Origin: an uncultured Fibrobacteraceae bacterium | GTDB lineage: Bacteria; Krumholzibacteriota; Krumholzibacteriia; LZORAL124-64-63 | Direction of reading: 5' to 3' | NCBI GenBank assembly: GCA_964559455.1 | Contig: CAZLHO010000003.1 | Span: 42,963-106,962 of the forward strand | DNA length: 64,000 nucleotides | Part shown: piece by piece, positions 49,371 to 58,862 of the stretch | Position numbering within the stretch: position 1 is the stretch's first letter | Layout of the letters: each line of letters begins with the position of its first letter | Translations under genes and position numbers: made by a program | The notes under the pieces: generated by a model | The model's database searches: none | What the model was told of the DNA's origin: nothing | Seen by the model: only the letters and a program-made list of their open reading frames with translations

Positions 49371-50168
49371 TTGCCCCTGATTCCGCCGAGCAGCGTCCGC
49401 CGCGGTCTTATTCCCCGGTTGACCCAAGCGGTCTTCTGCATCCTTGCGCTGGCTGCGCTTTCGGGATGCGGTTCGACGGGGCCTGCGGTCAGGACCGAGT
49501 TCCGGCCCTTCTCGGCGGAGGAGGCCGCCCTCGACCGGAGCCAGCGGGGAGCCCGCTATACGCTCCAGCCCGGCGATGTGGTCACCGTCAGCTTCAAGTA
49601 CGAGAAGGACCTGGACCAGAATCACCTGCGGGTGCTGCCCGACGGCCGATTCACCATGAGCGGCGCGGAGGACATCAAGGTTGTCGGCATGACCATCTCC
49701 GAGTTGGACAGCGTGCTGACCGGAACCTTCGCAGCGGACTACGTCGCTCCCGAACTGTCGGTCATCATGGAGGAGTTCGGGGCCCAGCAGGTCTTCGTTC
49801 TCGGCGAGGTCGGGGCGCCCGGCCAGTACAAGCTGCCGGACCAGGGGCGCGGCGTGCTGCAGGCGGTGGCGATGGCGGGCGGCTTCAGCCAGCACGCATC
49901 CACTTCCGAGGTCCTGCTGGTGCGGGTCGTGGACGGCGGCTTCGAGTACAAGCTCTTCGACGTCTCCCACCTCGAGAAAGAGGGGTTGCGGTCCTTCGAG
50001 GCCATGGATGTCAGGCCCAACGACATCATCTACGTTCCGCGATCCACACTCGGCGACCTCGGCTATTTCCACCAGACCGTCCTGCGCAACATCGTCGACC
50101 TCGGGGATCTGTTCTGGGACATCTACGCGATCGTGAACATCGAGGATGTGGACCGTCTTTACAGATAA
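49371..50168 (+). CDS. Polysaccharide export outer-membrane lipoprotein (Wza/GumB-like)
   Basis: TTG start with GGGAGG RBS. Lipobox LSGC. Poly_export + SLBB pattern. Confidence 0.8.
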   Translation: MPLIPPSSVRRGLIPRLTQAVFCILALAALSGCGSTGPAVRTEFRPFSAEEAALDRSQRGARYTLQPGDVVTVSFKYEKDLDQNHLRVLPDGRFTMSGAEDIKVVGMTISELDSVLTGTFAADYVAPELSVIMEEFGAQQVFVLGEVGAPGQYKLPDQGRGVLQAVAMAGGFSQHASTSEVLLVRVVDGGFEYKLFDVSHLEKEGLRSFEAMDVRPNDIIYVPRSTLGDLGYFHQTVLRNIVDLGDLFWDIYAIVNIEDVDRLYR

Positions 50169-50182
50169 GCGGGGACGCGACC

Positions 50183-51610
50183 ATGCGCGAGAGCGGTAAT
50201 TACGACGATCAGGTACAGTCGCCCCTTCCGACGCAATCCCGGATCGGGACGAAGGATCTCCTGGCCATTCTCAGCCGTCGCCGCTGGGTGGTCCTGGGCA
50301 TCGCCGTGCCCGTGATCATCATCGCCCTGATCGGCACCCTGAGGACCTCCAACGTCACCACGGCCAGCACCATGGTCATGCTGGAGATGCGCAGCCCCGA
50401 GAACCCGAGCTTCGGCAACCGGATCATCAACTACGACGTCGAGATCGCGTCGGCCGCCCAGGTGGCCATGAGCATCCCGGTGTCGCGCCTCGCCGCCGCC
50501 GCGCTCATAGATTCCCTGCCGGCGCTGGCCGAGAAGATGGAAAACGGCGTGGCGGTCGGGACCGAAGAGGATCTGGTCAATCTCCTGCAGGACGGGATCA
50601 ACTGCACGCAGGTCGGCGAGAGCACCATTCTCAGGATCGCCTACACCCATACCAGCCCCGACTTCGCGCTGCAGGCGGTGGAAGAGTTGACCGAAGCCTA
50701 CATCGAGTACACGATCAGCCGGGAGCACAATCCGCGCGCGGTCGACTACTACACCGACCAGATCGACGACGTCCAGGCCGAGATCGACAGCCTGCTGTCC
50801 CAGCGCGCCGACATCCTGCGGAAGGCCGGCTTCGCGGAAATGGTGACGGACGTGCGCGCGGCCTCGAACCTGATCTGGTCGTTGGAGGACGATTATTACC
50901 GGGCCCGTTCGAACCGCGTGGGATTGGAATCCCGGTACCAGGGCATGCTCGAATCGATCCGGCTGGATCCCGATTATGCCCCCAGCACCAAGACCGGCCA
51001 ATACGTGGAGCTCAGCAACCTGAAGGTGATGCTGTCTTCGGAGAAGGCCAAACTGGCCGCCCTGAGGCTCAAATACACCGAGGACTCGGTGTGGGTGCAG
51101 CGCCAGGCCGAGCTGGTCGAGGAGGCCCGCCGGGCGCTGGCGCATGAGCGCCAGAACATGATCAACGGGATCAAGCTCGACCTGGACGAGGCCCTCAGCA
51201 CCGAGCGGGAATTGAGCCGGATCATCGCCCAGCAGCGTGGGAATCTCGCCGATTATCCGGATGTCGAGCGGCAGGTTTCGTCTCTCCAGTACCAGATCAA
51301 TACCCGCAGCGATCTGATCGAGACCCTGCACATGAAGCGCGGAGAGGTCAGGCTGAAGTCGGCCTCCGACCAGCGAATCAGCAACATCATTCCCCTGAAC
51401 GAACCTTCCATCGGGATGATGGTCGGGGGCAGCAAGAAGGCCATCTACCTGACCCTGTCGACCCTGTTCGCGCTGGCCCTGGGCATCCTGGCGGCCCTGT
51501 TCATCGACAACAGCGACCGCCGGATCTACACCAAGCGCCAGGCGGAGGAAAGCCTCGGCGTCAACGTGTTGGGATACGTGAGCGACGACGGATCCGAACG
51601 TTCGAGGTAA
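50183..51610 (+). CDS. Polysaccharide co-polymerase / chain-length determinant (Wzz/GumC-like PCP, no kinase domain)
   Basis: ATG 50183. N-terminal TM (WVVLGIAVPVIIIAL), long coiled-coil periplasmic region, C-terminal TM (IYLTLSTLFALALGILAALFI). Confidence 0.8.
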   Translation: MRESGNYDDQVQSPLPTQSRIGTKDLLAILSRRRWVVLGIAVPVIIIALIGTLRTSNVTTASTMVMLEMRSPENPSFGNRIINYDVEIASAAQVAMSIPVSRLAAAALIDSLPALAEKMENGVAVGTEEDLVNLLQDGINCTQVGESTILRIAYTHTSPDFALQAVEELTEAYIEYTISREHNPRAVDYYTDQIDDVQAEIDSLLSQRADILRKAGFAEMVTDVRAASNLIWSLEDDYYRARSNRVGLESRYQGMLESIRLDPDYAPSTKTGQYVELSNLKVMLSSEKAKLAALRLKYTEDSVWVQRQAELVEEARRALAHERQNMINGIKLDLDEALSTERELSRIIAQQRGNLADYPDVERQVSSLQYQINTRSDLIETLHMKRGEVRLKSASDQRISNIIPLNEPSIGMMVGGSKKAIYLTLSTLFALALGILAALFIDNSDRRIYTKRQAEESLGVNVLGYVSDDGSERSR

Positions 51611-51615
51611 TCCCG

Positions 51616-53112
51616 ATGAGGCTCGCCACACAAGGCGGCATCGAGCGGCGGCTCCTGGCTGCCGTTTCTTCTCCCGGCTGGTCCGCCGTCCTGCTCTGCA
51701 TCGTCTTCATCTTCCTGGCCCAGTCCGCGGTCACGAAACTCGGCATGTCCGGGCTGGTGCTGGTCCTGGGCGGCCTGCTGGCCATGACCATCCTGACCGC
51801 CATCTCCCTGCACGATCTCACCATGGCCCTGATGATCTGGATGCTGTCGATGTCGGGCTTCCGATACCTCGGCATGGTCCGGATGCCGGTGCTGCCGGAC
51901 TTCTCGATCGATCGCCTGATGCTCGTGTGGATCATGCTGATGTTCCTGCTGCACTCCGTGGTCGAGAGGCGCAGACTGAAAGGTCCTTTCGGGGCCGACA
52001 TCGTCATGTTGGCTGGAGCCATTCTGGTCCTGTTCCAGGCCCAGCGAGGGGGCTTCACCCATTTCCACGAATGGGTCCTCAGCACCCTGTCGCCGCTCTT
52101 CGCCTACTTCTACGGGAAGAACGTGATCAACAAGGAAAGGGAGATCCGCAACATCATGATCTTCCTGTCCGGCCTGTGCCTGTATTACACGATCCAGGCC
52201 ATCGCCGAACACTTCATGTGGCGGCCCCTGATCTGGCCCAAGACGATCATCGACTACACGACCGGCTTCGTCGCCCCCGGGCGTTCGCGCGGCCCGATGC
52301 TGCACCCGCCCCTGTTCGGGCAGTTGGTGGGGATGGTGGTGATGGTCCAGTTCCTGTTCCTGGTCAAGGCCCGGACCATGCCCGCCCGGCTCGGGATGTT
52401 CGTGCTGCTCGGCGCCGGCCTGCTGGCGCTGTTCTTCTCGTACACCCGCGGCCCCTGGTTGGCCGCCGGCGTGGCCCTGGTGCTCCTGACCGTCCTGCGG
52501 CCAGGTTTCCGCCGCGTGACGATGGTGCTGGGCGTGGTCCTGTTCATCGGCGCGCTTTTCGGCGCACTCCAGATGGCTAACACCGAATTCTTCCAGGACC
52601 GGATGAACTCGCAGAACACGGTGGAAAACCGGCTCGGGATCTTTGCGAACACCCTGCGCATCATCCGGGACCATCCTTTCCTGGGCATCGGCTACTTCGA
52701 GTGGCAGAACGTGGTCGGCCTCTACAACCAGGCGGTCTACGTACCCCTCTACGGCTTCGTGAAGAAGTCGCTCGGGGCCGGCATGCCCATCCACGACATC
52801 TATCTCGGCCGGCTGGCGGAGGAGGGCATCTTCAGCTCGATCCTCCAGTTCACGTTCTACTTCATGGTCCTCAGGGCGTGGCTCCGCAAGTGGCGCCTGG
52901 ATCCCCGGGGGGATTGGTTCAACCGGGATACCCTGGCCGTCATGGCTGCGACCATGGTCTGCTATCTGGTCGGCGGCATGGTCATCGACTACCGCTACTT
53001 CGATCTCGTCAACGTCATCTTCTACTTCTTCGCCGGCATCATTTGCGGCTATTCGCCTCGAATCGCAAACAACGCTCTCGCTGAGGGCCGCGCCATGACG
53101 GCGCGTTCCTGA
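51616..53112 (+). CDS. O-antigen-ligase/Wzy-like polysaccharide polymerase
   Basis: ~11 TM helices. Wzy_C-type SYTRGPWLAAG motif. Confidence 0.75.
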   Translation: MRLATQGGIERRLLAAVSSPGWSAVLLCIVFIFLAQSAVTKLGMSGLVLVLGGLLAMTILTAISLHDLTMALMIWMLSMSGFRYLGMVRMPVLPDFSIDRLMLVWIMLMFLLHSVVERRRLKGPFGADIVMLAGAILVLFQAQRGGFTHFHEWVLSTLSPLFAYFYGKNVINKEREIRNIMIFLSGLCLYYTIQAIAEHFMWRPLIWPKTIIDYTTGFVAPGRSRGPMLHPPLFGQLVGMVVMVQFLFLVKARTMPARLGMFVLLGAGLLALFFSYTRGPWLAAGVALVLLTVLRPGFRRVTMVLGVVLFIGALFGALQMANTEFFQDRMNSQNTVENRLGIFANTLRIIRDHPFLGIGYFEWQNVVGLYNQAVYVPLYGFVKKSLGAGMPIHDIYLGRLAEEGIFSSILQFTFYFMVLRAWLRKWRLDPRGDWFNRDTLAVMAATMVCYLVGGMVIDYRYFDLVNVIFYFFAGIICGYSPRIANNALAEGRAMTARS

Positions 53113-53121
53113 GGGGGCGGC

Positions 53122-54690
53122 GTGAAGCTCGGGGATCTCAGACGCCAGTTGTTCGAGGGGGAAGTCCTGCGCCTGATGGGCATCACCCTGGTGACCAAGC
53201 CCATCGGCCTGGCGGTGCAGATGCTCATCGCCGGGATCTTCGGCGCCGGCTACAGCTACGACGCCTACGCCTTCTCCCTGTTCCTGGTCGGCCTCGTCGA
53301 CACTCCGCTGGCCTGCATCTACGATTCGGCCATCATCCCCCTGATCGCCAACCTGCGTCGGGAGTTGCCTCGCGACAAGCTGCTCGCGGTGCAGAACGCC
53401 ACCCTGCTGCTCTTCCTGGCGCCCGGTACCCTCTATGCCCTGTTGATGATCTTCCGTCCGGAAATCGTCATCGATGTCATCGGCGGCCGGCTGCCGCCGG
53501 AAACCAGGGCCTACGTCCTGCAGATGGTGCGGGTGATGGCGGTGCCTTCGCTGGTGATGCAGGCGGTGGCGATGCTCAAGTCCCTGCTGAACCTCTCGCG
53601 CCGGTTCCGGGTGCCGGCCGTGATGCCGCTGCTGAACAGCGTGACGATGCTGGTCGCGGTCCTGGCCGCCTACAAACCGCTGGGGATCTGGGCGCTGCCG
53701 CTCGGCTTCGTCGTCTCCTACATGATCCAATTGATTGCCACTTCGGTCTTCGCCGTGGGTTCCGGCACCCTGTCGCCGGTCAGGCCGAGGCTGCCGGCCG
53801 GCATGCTCGCGCGCATCTGGCGCCAGGGCCGGCTGCTGATCCTCTCGCAGGGCATGCTGATGGTGAATCTGTCGGTCGACCGGTTCTTCGCCGCGATGCT
53901 GGTCGCGGGCAGCATCTCCGCCGTCACCTACTCCTCGACGATCATGAACCTGGGCTGCCAGATGATCGGCTACAGCCTGGGCGTGGTGATGTTCACCCGC
54001 ATGGCCGAACTCTTCGCCGCCAGGGACTACCGGGTCTGCGGCGACTATATCCTCGTGAATCTGAGCCGCCTCATGCGCATCATCATGCCCGTCTGCCTGG
54101 CCCTGGTCCTGTCCGGCCCGGAGGTGGTGCGGGTCCTGTTCCAGCGCGGCGCCTTCGACGCCGAGGCGGCGGTCCGCACTTCGGGCGTCCTGGCGATGTA
54201 CCTGATCGGGATGCCGGCCACCCTGCTCAACCTGATCGTCGCGCGGGCCTTGAACGCGATGCAGAAGTATCGCGACAAGCTGTGGCTCGATGGGCAATAC
54301 ATGCTCACCAACATCATCGGCAACGCCATTCTGGTCCGCTACCTGGCGGTTAAGGGTCTGGCCATTTCCTCCGCCTTCGCGATCACCCTGCACGTGTCCC
54401 TGTCGCTCCTGGTGATGCATCGCTACCGGACAGGCATGGCCACCGGGGCCATCGGCCGCGTCGTGTTCCGCTCGTACTTGCTGGCTGCGGCAGCCTATGC
54501 GGTCTATTCACTCAGCGGTTTCGGCCGCTTCGTCGACAGCCTCGACCTGCTGCCGACCGTGCCGGGCGCCATCGGATCGGCGCTGCTGCGATTCGCTTTC
54601 GTGGCCGGCGTCTACTACCTGATGGATGTCGGCGCCGTCCTGTGGCGGCGCCGGAACCGCCGGCGGAGGGCGGAGGTGGGGACATCGTGA
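53122..54690 (+). CDS. MOP-superfamily flippase (MurJ/Wzx-like polysaccharide biosynthesis protein)
   Basis: GTG start with RBS gaggggg. 522 aa, ~14 TM. Confidence 0.8.
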   Translation: MKLGDLRRQLFEGEVLRLMGITLVTKPIGLAVQMLIAGIFGAGYSYDAYAFSLFLVGLVDTPLACIYDSAIIPLIANLRRELPRDKLLAVQNATLLLFLAPGTLYALLMIFRPEIVIDVIGGRLPPETRAYVLQMVRVMAVPSLVMQAVAMLKSLLNLSRRFRVPAVMPLLNSVTMLVAVLAAYKPLGIWALPLGFVVSYMIQLIATSVFAVGSGTLSPVRPRLPAGMLARIWRQGRLLILSQGMLMVNLSVDRFFAAMLVAGSISAVTYSSTIMNLGCQMIGYSLGVVMFTRMAELFAARDYRVCGDYILVNLSRLMRIIMPVCLALVLSGPEVVRVLFQRGAFDAEAAVRTSGVLAMYLIGMPATLLNLIVARALNAMQKYRDKLWLDGQYMLTNIIGNAILVRYLAVKGLAISSAFAITLHVSLSLLVMHRYRTGMATGAIGRVVFRSYLLAAAAYAVYSLSGFGRFVDSLDLLPTVPGAIGSALLRFAFVAGVYYLMDVGAVLWRRRNRRRRAEVGTS

Positions 54691-55715
54691 TCGTCCACGA
54701 ACTCGATCCCCTGCGCGATCCCCGCTGGCCGCGGTTCCTCGACCGGCAGGCCGCGGCGTCGATCTTCCACGGCCGGGGCTGGCTGACGGCGCTGCGCCGC
54801 AGCTACGGTTTCGAGCCCGTCGTCCTGACGACGACGCCGGCGGGACGCGAGCTCGACGACGGGATCGCGCTCTGCCGCGTGAACAGCCGCCTGACCGGTC
54901 GCCGGCTGGTCTCGCTGCCGTTTTCGGACCACTGCCAGCCGCTGTGCCAAGATGCCGGTGCCGCGGCCGCGCTGGCCGCCGGCCTGACGGCCATGGTCGA
55001 CGGCGGCGGCTGGCGGCGCTGCGAGCTGCGGCCCCTGGAGCCGGTCCCCTTCCCGGCGTCCCTGGCGCCCGGCGAGACCTTCCGCTTCCACGCGCTCGAC
55101 CTGACGCCGGACGAGGACGCGCTCTGGTCGGGCTTGCACAAGACGGCCGTCCGTCAGATGATCGGCCGCGGCGAGCGGGAGGATCTCCAGGTGAGCGCGG
55201 GCCGCGACGCCCGGCATATCGACCTCTTCTACGAGCTGCTGCTCAAGACCCGCCGCAAGCATCGGTTGCCGCCGCAGCCGCGGAGCTGGTTCCGGAACCT
55301 GGCCGCCTGCCTCGGCGACGCGGTCGGCTTCCGCGTGGCGCTGAAGGACGAACGCCCGGTGGCGGCGATCGTCACGACCCGGTATCGGGACGTCGTCACG
55401 CACAAGTACGGCTGTTCCGACGCGGCCTTCAGCGGCCTGGGCGGCACCCAGCTGCTGCTGTGGCGGGCCATGCTCGAGGGTCGGGCCGAGGGCGCCCGGG
55501 TCTTCGACATGGGCCGCAGCGATCCGGAGAACGAAGGGCTCGTCCGCTTCAAACGCCGCTGGGGCGCCGCGGAGCGGGAGATCGTCTACCTGGGCTACCC
55601 GGCGGCGGAATCCGGCGGCGGTCGCTTGACCGGCCTGGCCGGCGCCGTCTTCGCCCGCCTGCCCGATCCGTTGCTGGAGGCTGCCGGCAGGCTGCTGTAC
55701 CGACACGTCGGCTGA
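54687..55715 (+). CDS. FemAB-like/GNAT (CelD/BioF2-like) acyltransferase-fold protein
   Basis: GTG start with AGGTGG RBS, GTGA overlap with upstream stop. ~340 aa Acetyltransf_6/FemAB-like pattern. Confidence 0.65.
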   Translation: MIVHELDPLRDPRWPRFLDRQAAASIFHGRGWLTALRRSYGFEPVVLTTTPAGRELDDGIALCRVNSRLTGRRLVSLPFSDHCQPLCQDAGAAAALAAGLTAMVDGGGWRRCELRPLEPVPFPASLAPGETFRFHALDLTPDEDALWSGLHKTAVRQMIGRGEREDLQVSAGRDARHIDLFYELLLKTRRKHRLPPQPRSWFRNLAACLGDAVGFRVALKDERPVAAIVTTRYRDVVTHKYGCSDAAFSGLGGTQLLLWRAMLEGRAEGARVFDMGRSDPENEGLVRFKRRWGAAEREIVYLGYPAAESGGGRLTGLAGAVFARLPDPLLEAAGRLLYRHVG

Positions 55716-55725
55716 GGAGAGGACC

Positions 55726-56220
55726 ATGGCCTACACGCGCGACGCCCGGCCCTTGAGCGCCGGTGACCGCCTCTGGATGCTGCGCAAGCGCCTGGCCAAG
55801 ATCGGCGGCCGCTTCTGGCCCATGCTGGGGATGCGTCTGCGCTGCCTGCGCGGCGCCGGCTACGTCATCGGCCGCGAGGTCTATATCGGCGAGGACTTCA
55901 TGGTGACCGACCTTCTCGAGGACCGGAGCCCCTCGCTGTTCGTGGGCGACCGCGTGGCGATCGCCCAGCGCGTGACGATCGTCACCGCGTCGGACCCGAA
56001 CTGGTCGCGTCTCTACCCCCATGTGCGCATCGAACGGGCGCCGGTGCGCATCGAGGACGACGCCTGGATCGGCGCCGGCGTCATCATCCTGCCGGGCGTG
56101 ACCGTCGGCGCGGGCGCGATCGTCGCCGCCGGAGCCGTCGTGAATCGCGACGTGCCGCCGTTGACCGTGGTCGGCGGAGTGCCCGCCCGCACCATCAAGA
56201 AGCTGGACGTGGAACTGTGA
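55726..56220 (+). CDS. Hexapeptide-repeat (LbH) sugar O-acetyltransferase
   Basis: [25 protein letters not shown] hexapeptide repeats. Confidence 0.85.
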   Translation: MAYTRDARPLSAGDRLWMLRKRLAKIGGRFWPMLGMRLRCLRGAGYVIGREVYIGEDFMVTDLLEDRSPSLFVGDRVAIAQRVTIVTASDPNWSRLYPHVRIERAPVRIEDDAWIGAGVIILPGVTVGAGAIVAAGAVVNRDVPPLTVVGGVPARTIKKLDVEL

Positions 56221-57413
56221 GCGACAAGCGACGCATCGCGATGGTGGCCTACACCTTCTTCGCGCCGGACGCCAGGGTCCGCCGCCACGTCAAGGCCCTG
56301 CTCGAGGCCGGCTACGCCGTCGACGTCTTCTGCCTGCGCAATCCCGACGGGGACGGCGTGCCGCCCACGCCCGGGCTCGAATTCTTCTATCCCCGCTTCC
56401 GACGCTACGACAAGACCAGCCAGCTGAACGTCGTGACGGAGTACCTGCTCTTCGCCCTGATCTGCGGGGCGCGCCTGCTGCGGCATCAGCTGGGCGGTCG
56501 CCGCTACGCCCTGGTCCACGTCAACAACATGCCGAATTTCCTGGTCTTCGCGGCCTTGCCCCTGCGCCTGTTCGGCGTGCCCGTGCTGCTGGACATCCAC
56601 GACACGATGCCCGAGATCTACCAGGACCGCTTCGCCGTCGGCCCCGGGCATCCCGTGATCCGGATGCTGCGGCTCGAGGAGCGGCTGTCGATGGCGGCGG
56701 CCGGATTCGTGATGACCACGGAGCACACCAAGTGGGAGCGGCTGTTGCGGAACGGCCTGCGGCGCGGGAAGTCGGCCGTGACCCTGAACCTGCCCGACGC
56801 CGACCTCTTCCCCGACCTGCCGGTGCCCGCAGCGCCGCCGGCGGGCGACGGCTTCCGGCTGATCTACCACGGGACCTTCGCCCGACGCCTGGGCCTGGAC
56901 CTGGCCGTCCGGGCCGTGGCCCGGGTCCGCGACCGGATCCCCGGCCTGCGCTTCGACATCATCGGCGACGGCGAGCAGCGCTCCGAGCTCGAGGCCCTGG
57001 TCGCCGAGCTGGACGTCGCCGACGTGGTGCGCCTGAGCCCGGGCTTCGTGCCCACCTGCGATCTGCCCGCCATGGTGCGCGGGGCGGACCTGGCGCTGAT
57101 CCCCTCGCGCAACACGATCGGCACGAGCCTGATGCTGCCGACCAAGATGCTGGAATACGTCTGCATGGGAATCCCCTGCCTGACCGTGCCCACGCCGACG
57201 ATCACGCACTACTTCGACGAGCGGGCGGCGTATTTCGTGCCGACCGAGGACGTCGCGGCCATCGCCGACGGGATCGTCCGGCTTCACGCCGACCCGGAAC
57301 GGCGGCTGGCCCTGGCCCGGTCCGCCAAGCGTTTCTTCGCCGACCACGATTTCGCCGCGGAGCGCAGGCGCTACCTGGACTGCGTGGCGCGGATGTCGGG
57401 AGGAGAGTCGTGA
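56217..57413 (+). CDS. GT4-family glycosyltransferase
   Basis: GTGA overlap. [23 protein letters not shown] motif. Confidence 0.85.
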   Translation: MSDKRRIAMVAYTFFAPDARVRRHVKALLEAGYAVDVFCLRNPDGDGVPPTPGLEFFYPRFRRYDKTSQLNVVTEYLLFALICGARLLRHQLGGRRYALVHVNNMPNFLVFAALPLRLFGVPVLLDIHDTMPEIYQDRFAVGPGHPVIRMLRLEERLSMAAAGFVMTTEHTKWERLLRNGLRRGKSAVTLNLPDADLFPDLPVPAAPPAGDGFRLIYHGTFARRLGLDLAVRAVARVRDRIPGLRFDIIGDGEQRSELEALVAELDVADVVRLSPGFVPTCDLPAMVRGADLALIPSRNTIGTSLMLPTKMLEYVCMGIPCLTVPTPTITHYFDERAAYFVPTEDVAAIADGIVRLHADPERRLALARSAKRFFADHDFAAERRRYLDCVARMSGGES

Positions 57414-58750
57414 GCGTCGCCAGCCTGCACGAACGCTTCCGCATCGCCGGGGAGCCGCGCCTGGACAGCGCCGGGCCGGGGCACGGCGACGCCGGCTTCT
57501 TCGCCTTCGGCCCGGACGCCCTGGGCTTCGGGCGCCTTTCCGGACTCAGCCCCGCGTCGCGGGCGGACGCGCCGTTGCCCGACGCCTTGAGCCGCGTCGA
57601 ACTGTCCCCCGACGGCTGCCGCCTGCCCTTCGATCTCGACGAGGTCGTCGAGGCCCTGCGCCGCGAGCGGCACGCCGGCAGCGCCGGCGAGACCCAGGTC
57701 GCCGCGGGCCGGCGCTCGTTGCTGCGCACGCTCTACTATGCGGTTCGTCCCCTTTTGCCGGTGGACGTGCGCAAGCATCTGCAGCGCGTCTTTCTCTCGG
57801 GTTGGCGGCGGATCCCGTTCCCGGCCTGGCCCGTCGACGCCAGCGTCGACCTGATCCTGGAGCGTGCGCTCGAGTTGGCGATCAAGGCGTCGGGTGAGGG
57901 TTCCGTTCCCTTCATCTGGTTCTGGCCCGAGGGCCGCAGCGGCTGCCTGACCCTGACCCACGACGTCGAGACGGCCGACGGCCTGGCCGCCTGCCCCGAC
58001 ATGATGAACCGCGACGCCGCGCGGGGCTTCCGGGCCTCCTACCAGCTGGTGCCCGAGAAGTATCCGGTGGAGTTCGGCCACCTGGACGCTTTCCGGCAGG
58101 GCGGCTGCGAGATCAACGTCCACGGCCTGAGCCACGACGGGCTGCTCTTCCGCGACCGCGCGACGTTCCGCGAGCGGGTCGGCGCCATGCGCGGCTACGC
58201 CGAGCGCTGGGGGGCGCGCGGTTTCCGGTCCCCGGTGCTGTACCGCAACCTCGAATGGTTCGACGAACTGCCCTTCGACTACGACATGTCGGTGCCGAAC
58301 ACCGCCCGCCTGGATCCGCAGCGGGGAGGCTGCTGCACGGTCTTTCCCTACTTCGTGGGGAACGTCCTCGAGATCCCGTTGACGACGACCCAGGACTACT
58401 CCCTGATCCACGTCCTGGGCCGCGGCGACGCCGGGCTTTGGCGCGATCAGACGGAACGGATCCTGGCGCGCCACGGTCTGATCAGCGTGAATACCCATCC
58501 CGACTATCTCGCCGACAAGGCCGGCCGCGCGATCTACGCCGAGCTCCTGGACCTGCTCGCCCACCTGCGGGACGAGCGGAACCTCTGGGCGGCCCTGCCC
58601 GGGGAGATCGAGGCCTGGTGGCGGCGGCGCGCTGCGATGAGGCCCGTGCGCCGGGACGGCGAATGGGCGATCGAGGGGCCCCGGGACGAGCGCGCCCGCG
58701 TGGCCCTGGCCCGCAGCGGTACGCACGGTCTGGAGTTCGAGATCGTCTAG
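57410..58750 (+). CDS. Polysaccharide-deacetylase-like (CE4-related) protein
   Basis: GTG start with GGGAGGAGAG RBS, overlapping the upstream stop. LTLTHDVE and NVHGLSHD motifs. Assignment tentative. Confidence 0.55.
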   Translation: MSVASLHERFRIAGEPRLDSAGPGHGDAGFFAFGPDALGFGRLSGLSPASRADAPLPDALSRVELSPDGCRLPFDLDEVVEALRRERHAGSAGETQVAAGRRSLLRTLYYAVRPLLPVDVRKHLQRVFLSGWRRIPFPAWPVDASVDLILERALELAIKASGEGSVPFIWFWPEGRSGCLTLTHDVETADGLAACPDMMNRDAARGFRASYQLVPEKYPVEFGHLDAFRQGGCEINVHGLSHDGLLFRDRATFRERVGAMRGYAERWGARGFRSPVLYRNLEWFDELPFDYDMSVPNTARLDPQRGGCCTVFPYFVGNVLEIPLTTTQDYSLIHVLGRGDAGLWRDQTERILARHGLISVNTHPDYLADKAGRAIYAELLDLLAHLRDERNLWAALPGEIEAWWRRRAAMRPVRRDGEWAIEGPRDERARVALARSGTHGLEFEIV

Positions 58751-58862
58751 CCTCAGCGGTGCGGCGTCCTCGTTGTTGCCCGGAGCCCGCCGCTCGGCTA
58801 GATTCTGTTGCGCGACCATCGGCGCCGGACATCGACGGCGGGCCCCTTCGATTCGAGGAAGC

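Noticed and set aside
51616-53112. Possible exosortase (EpsH/XrtA) hidden as the polytopic membrane protein in the EPS locus
   Set aside because: The SYTRGPWLAAG motif and ~11-TM layout fit the Wzy_C/O-antigen-ligase family rather than exosortase, so it is called an O-antigen-ligase-like polymerase.
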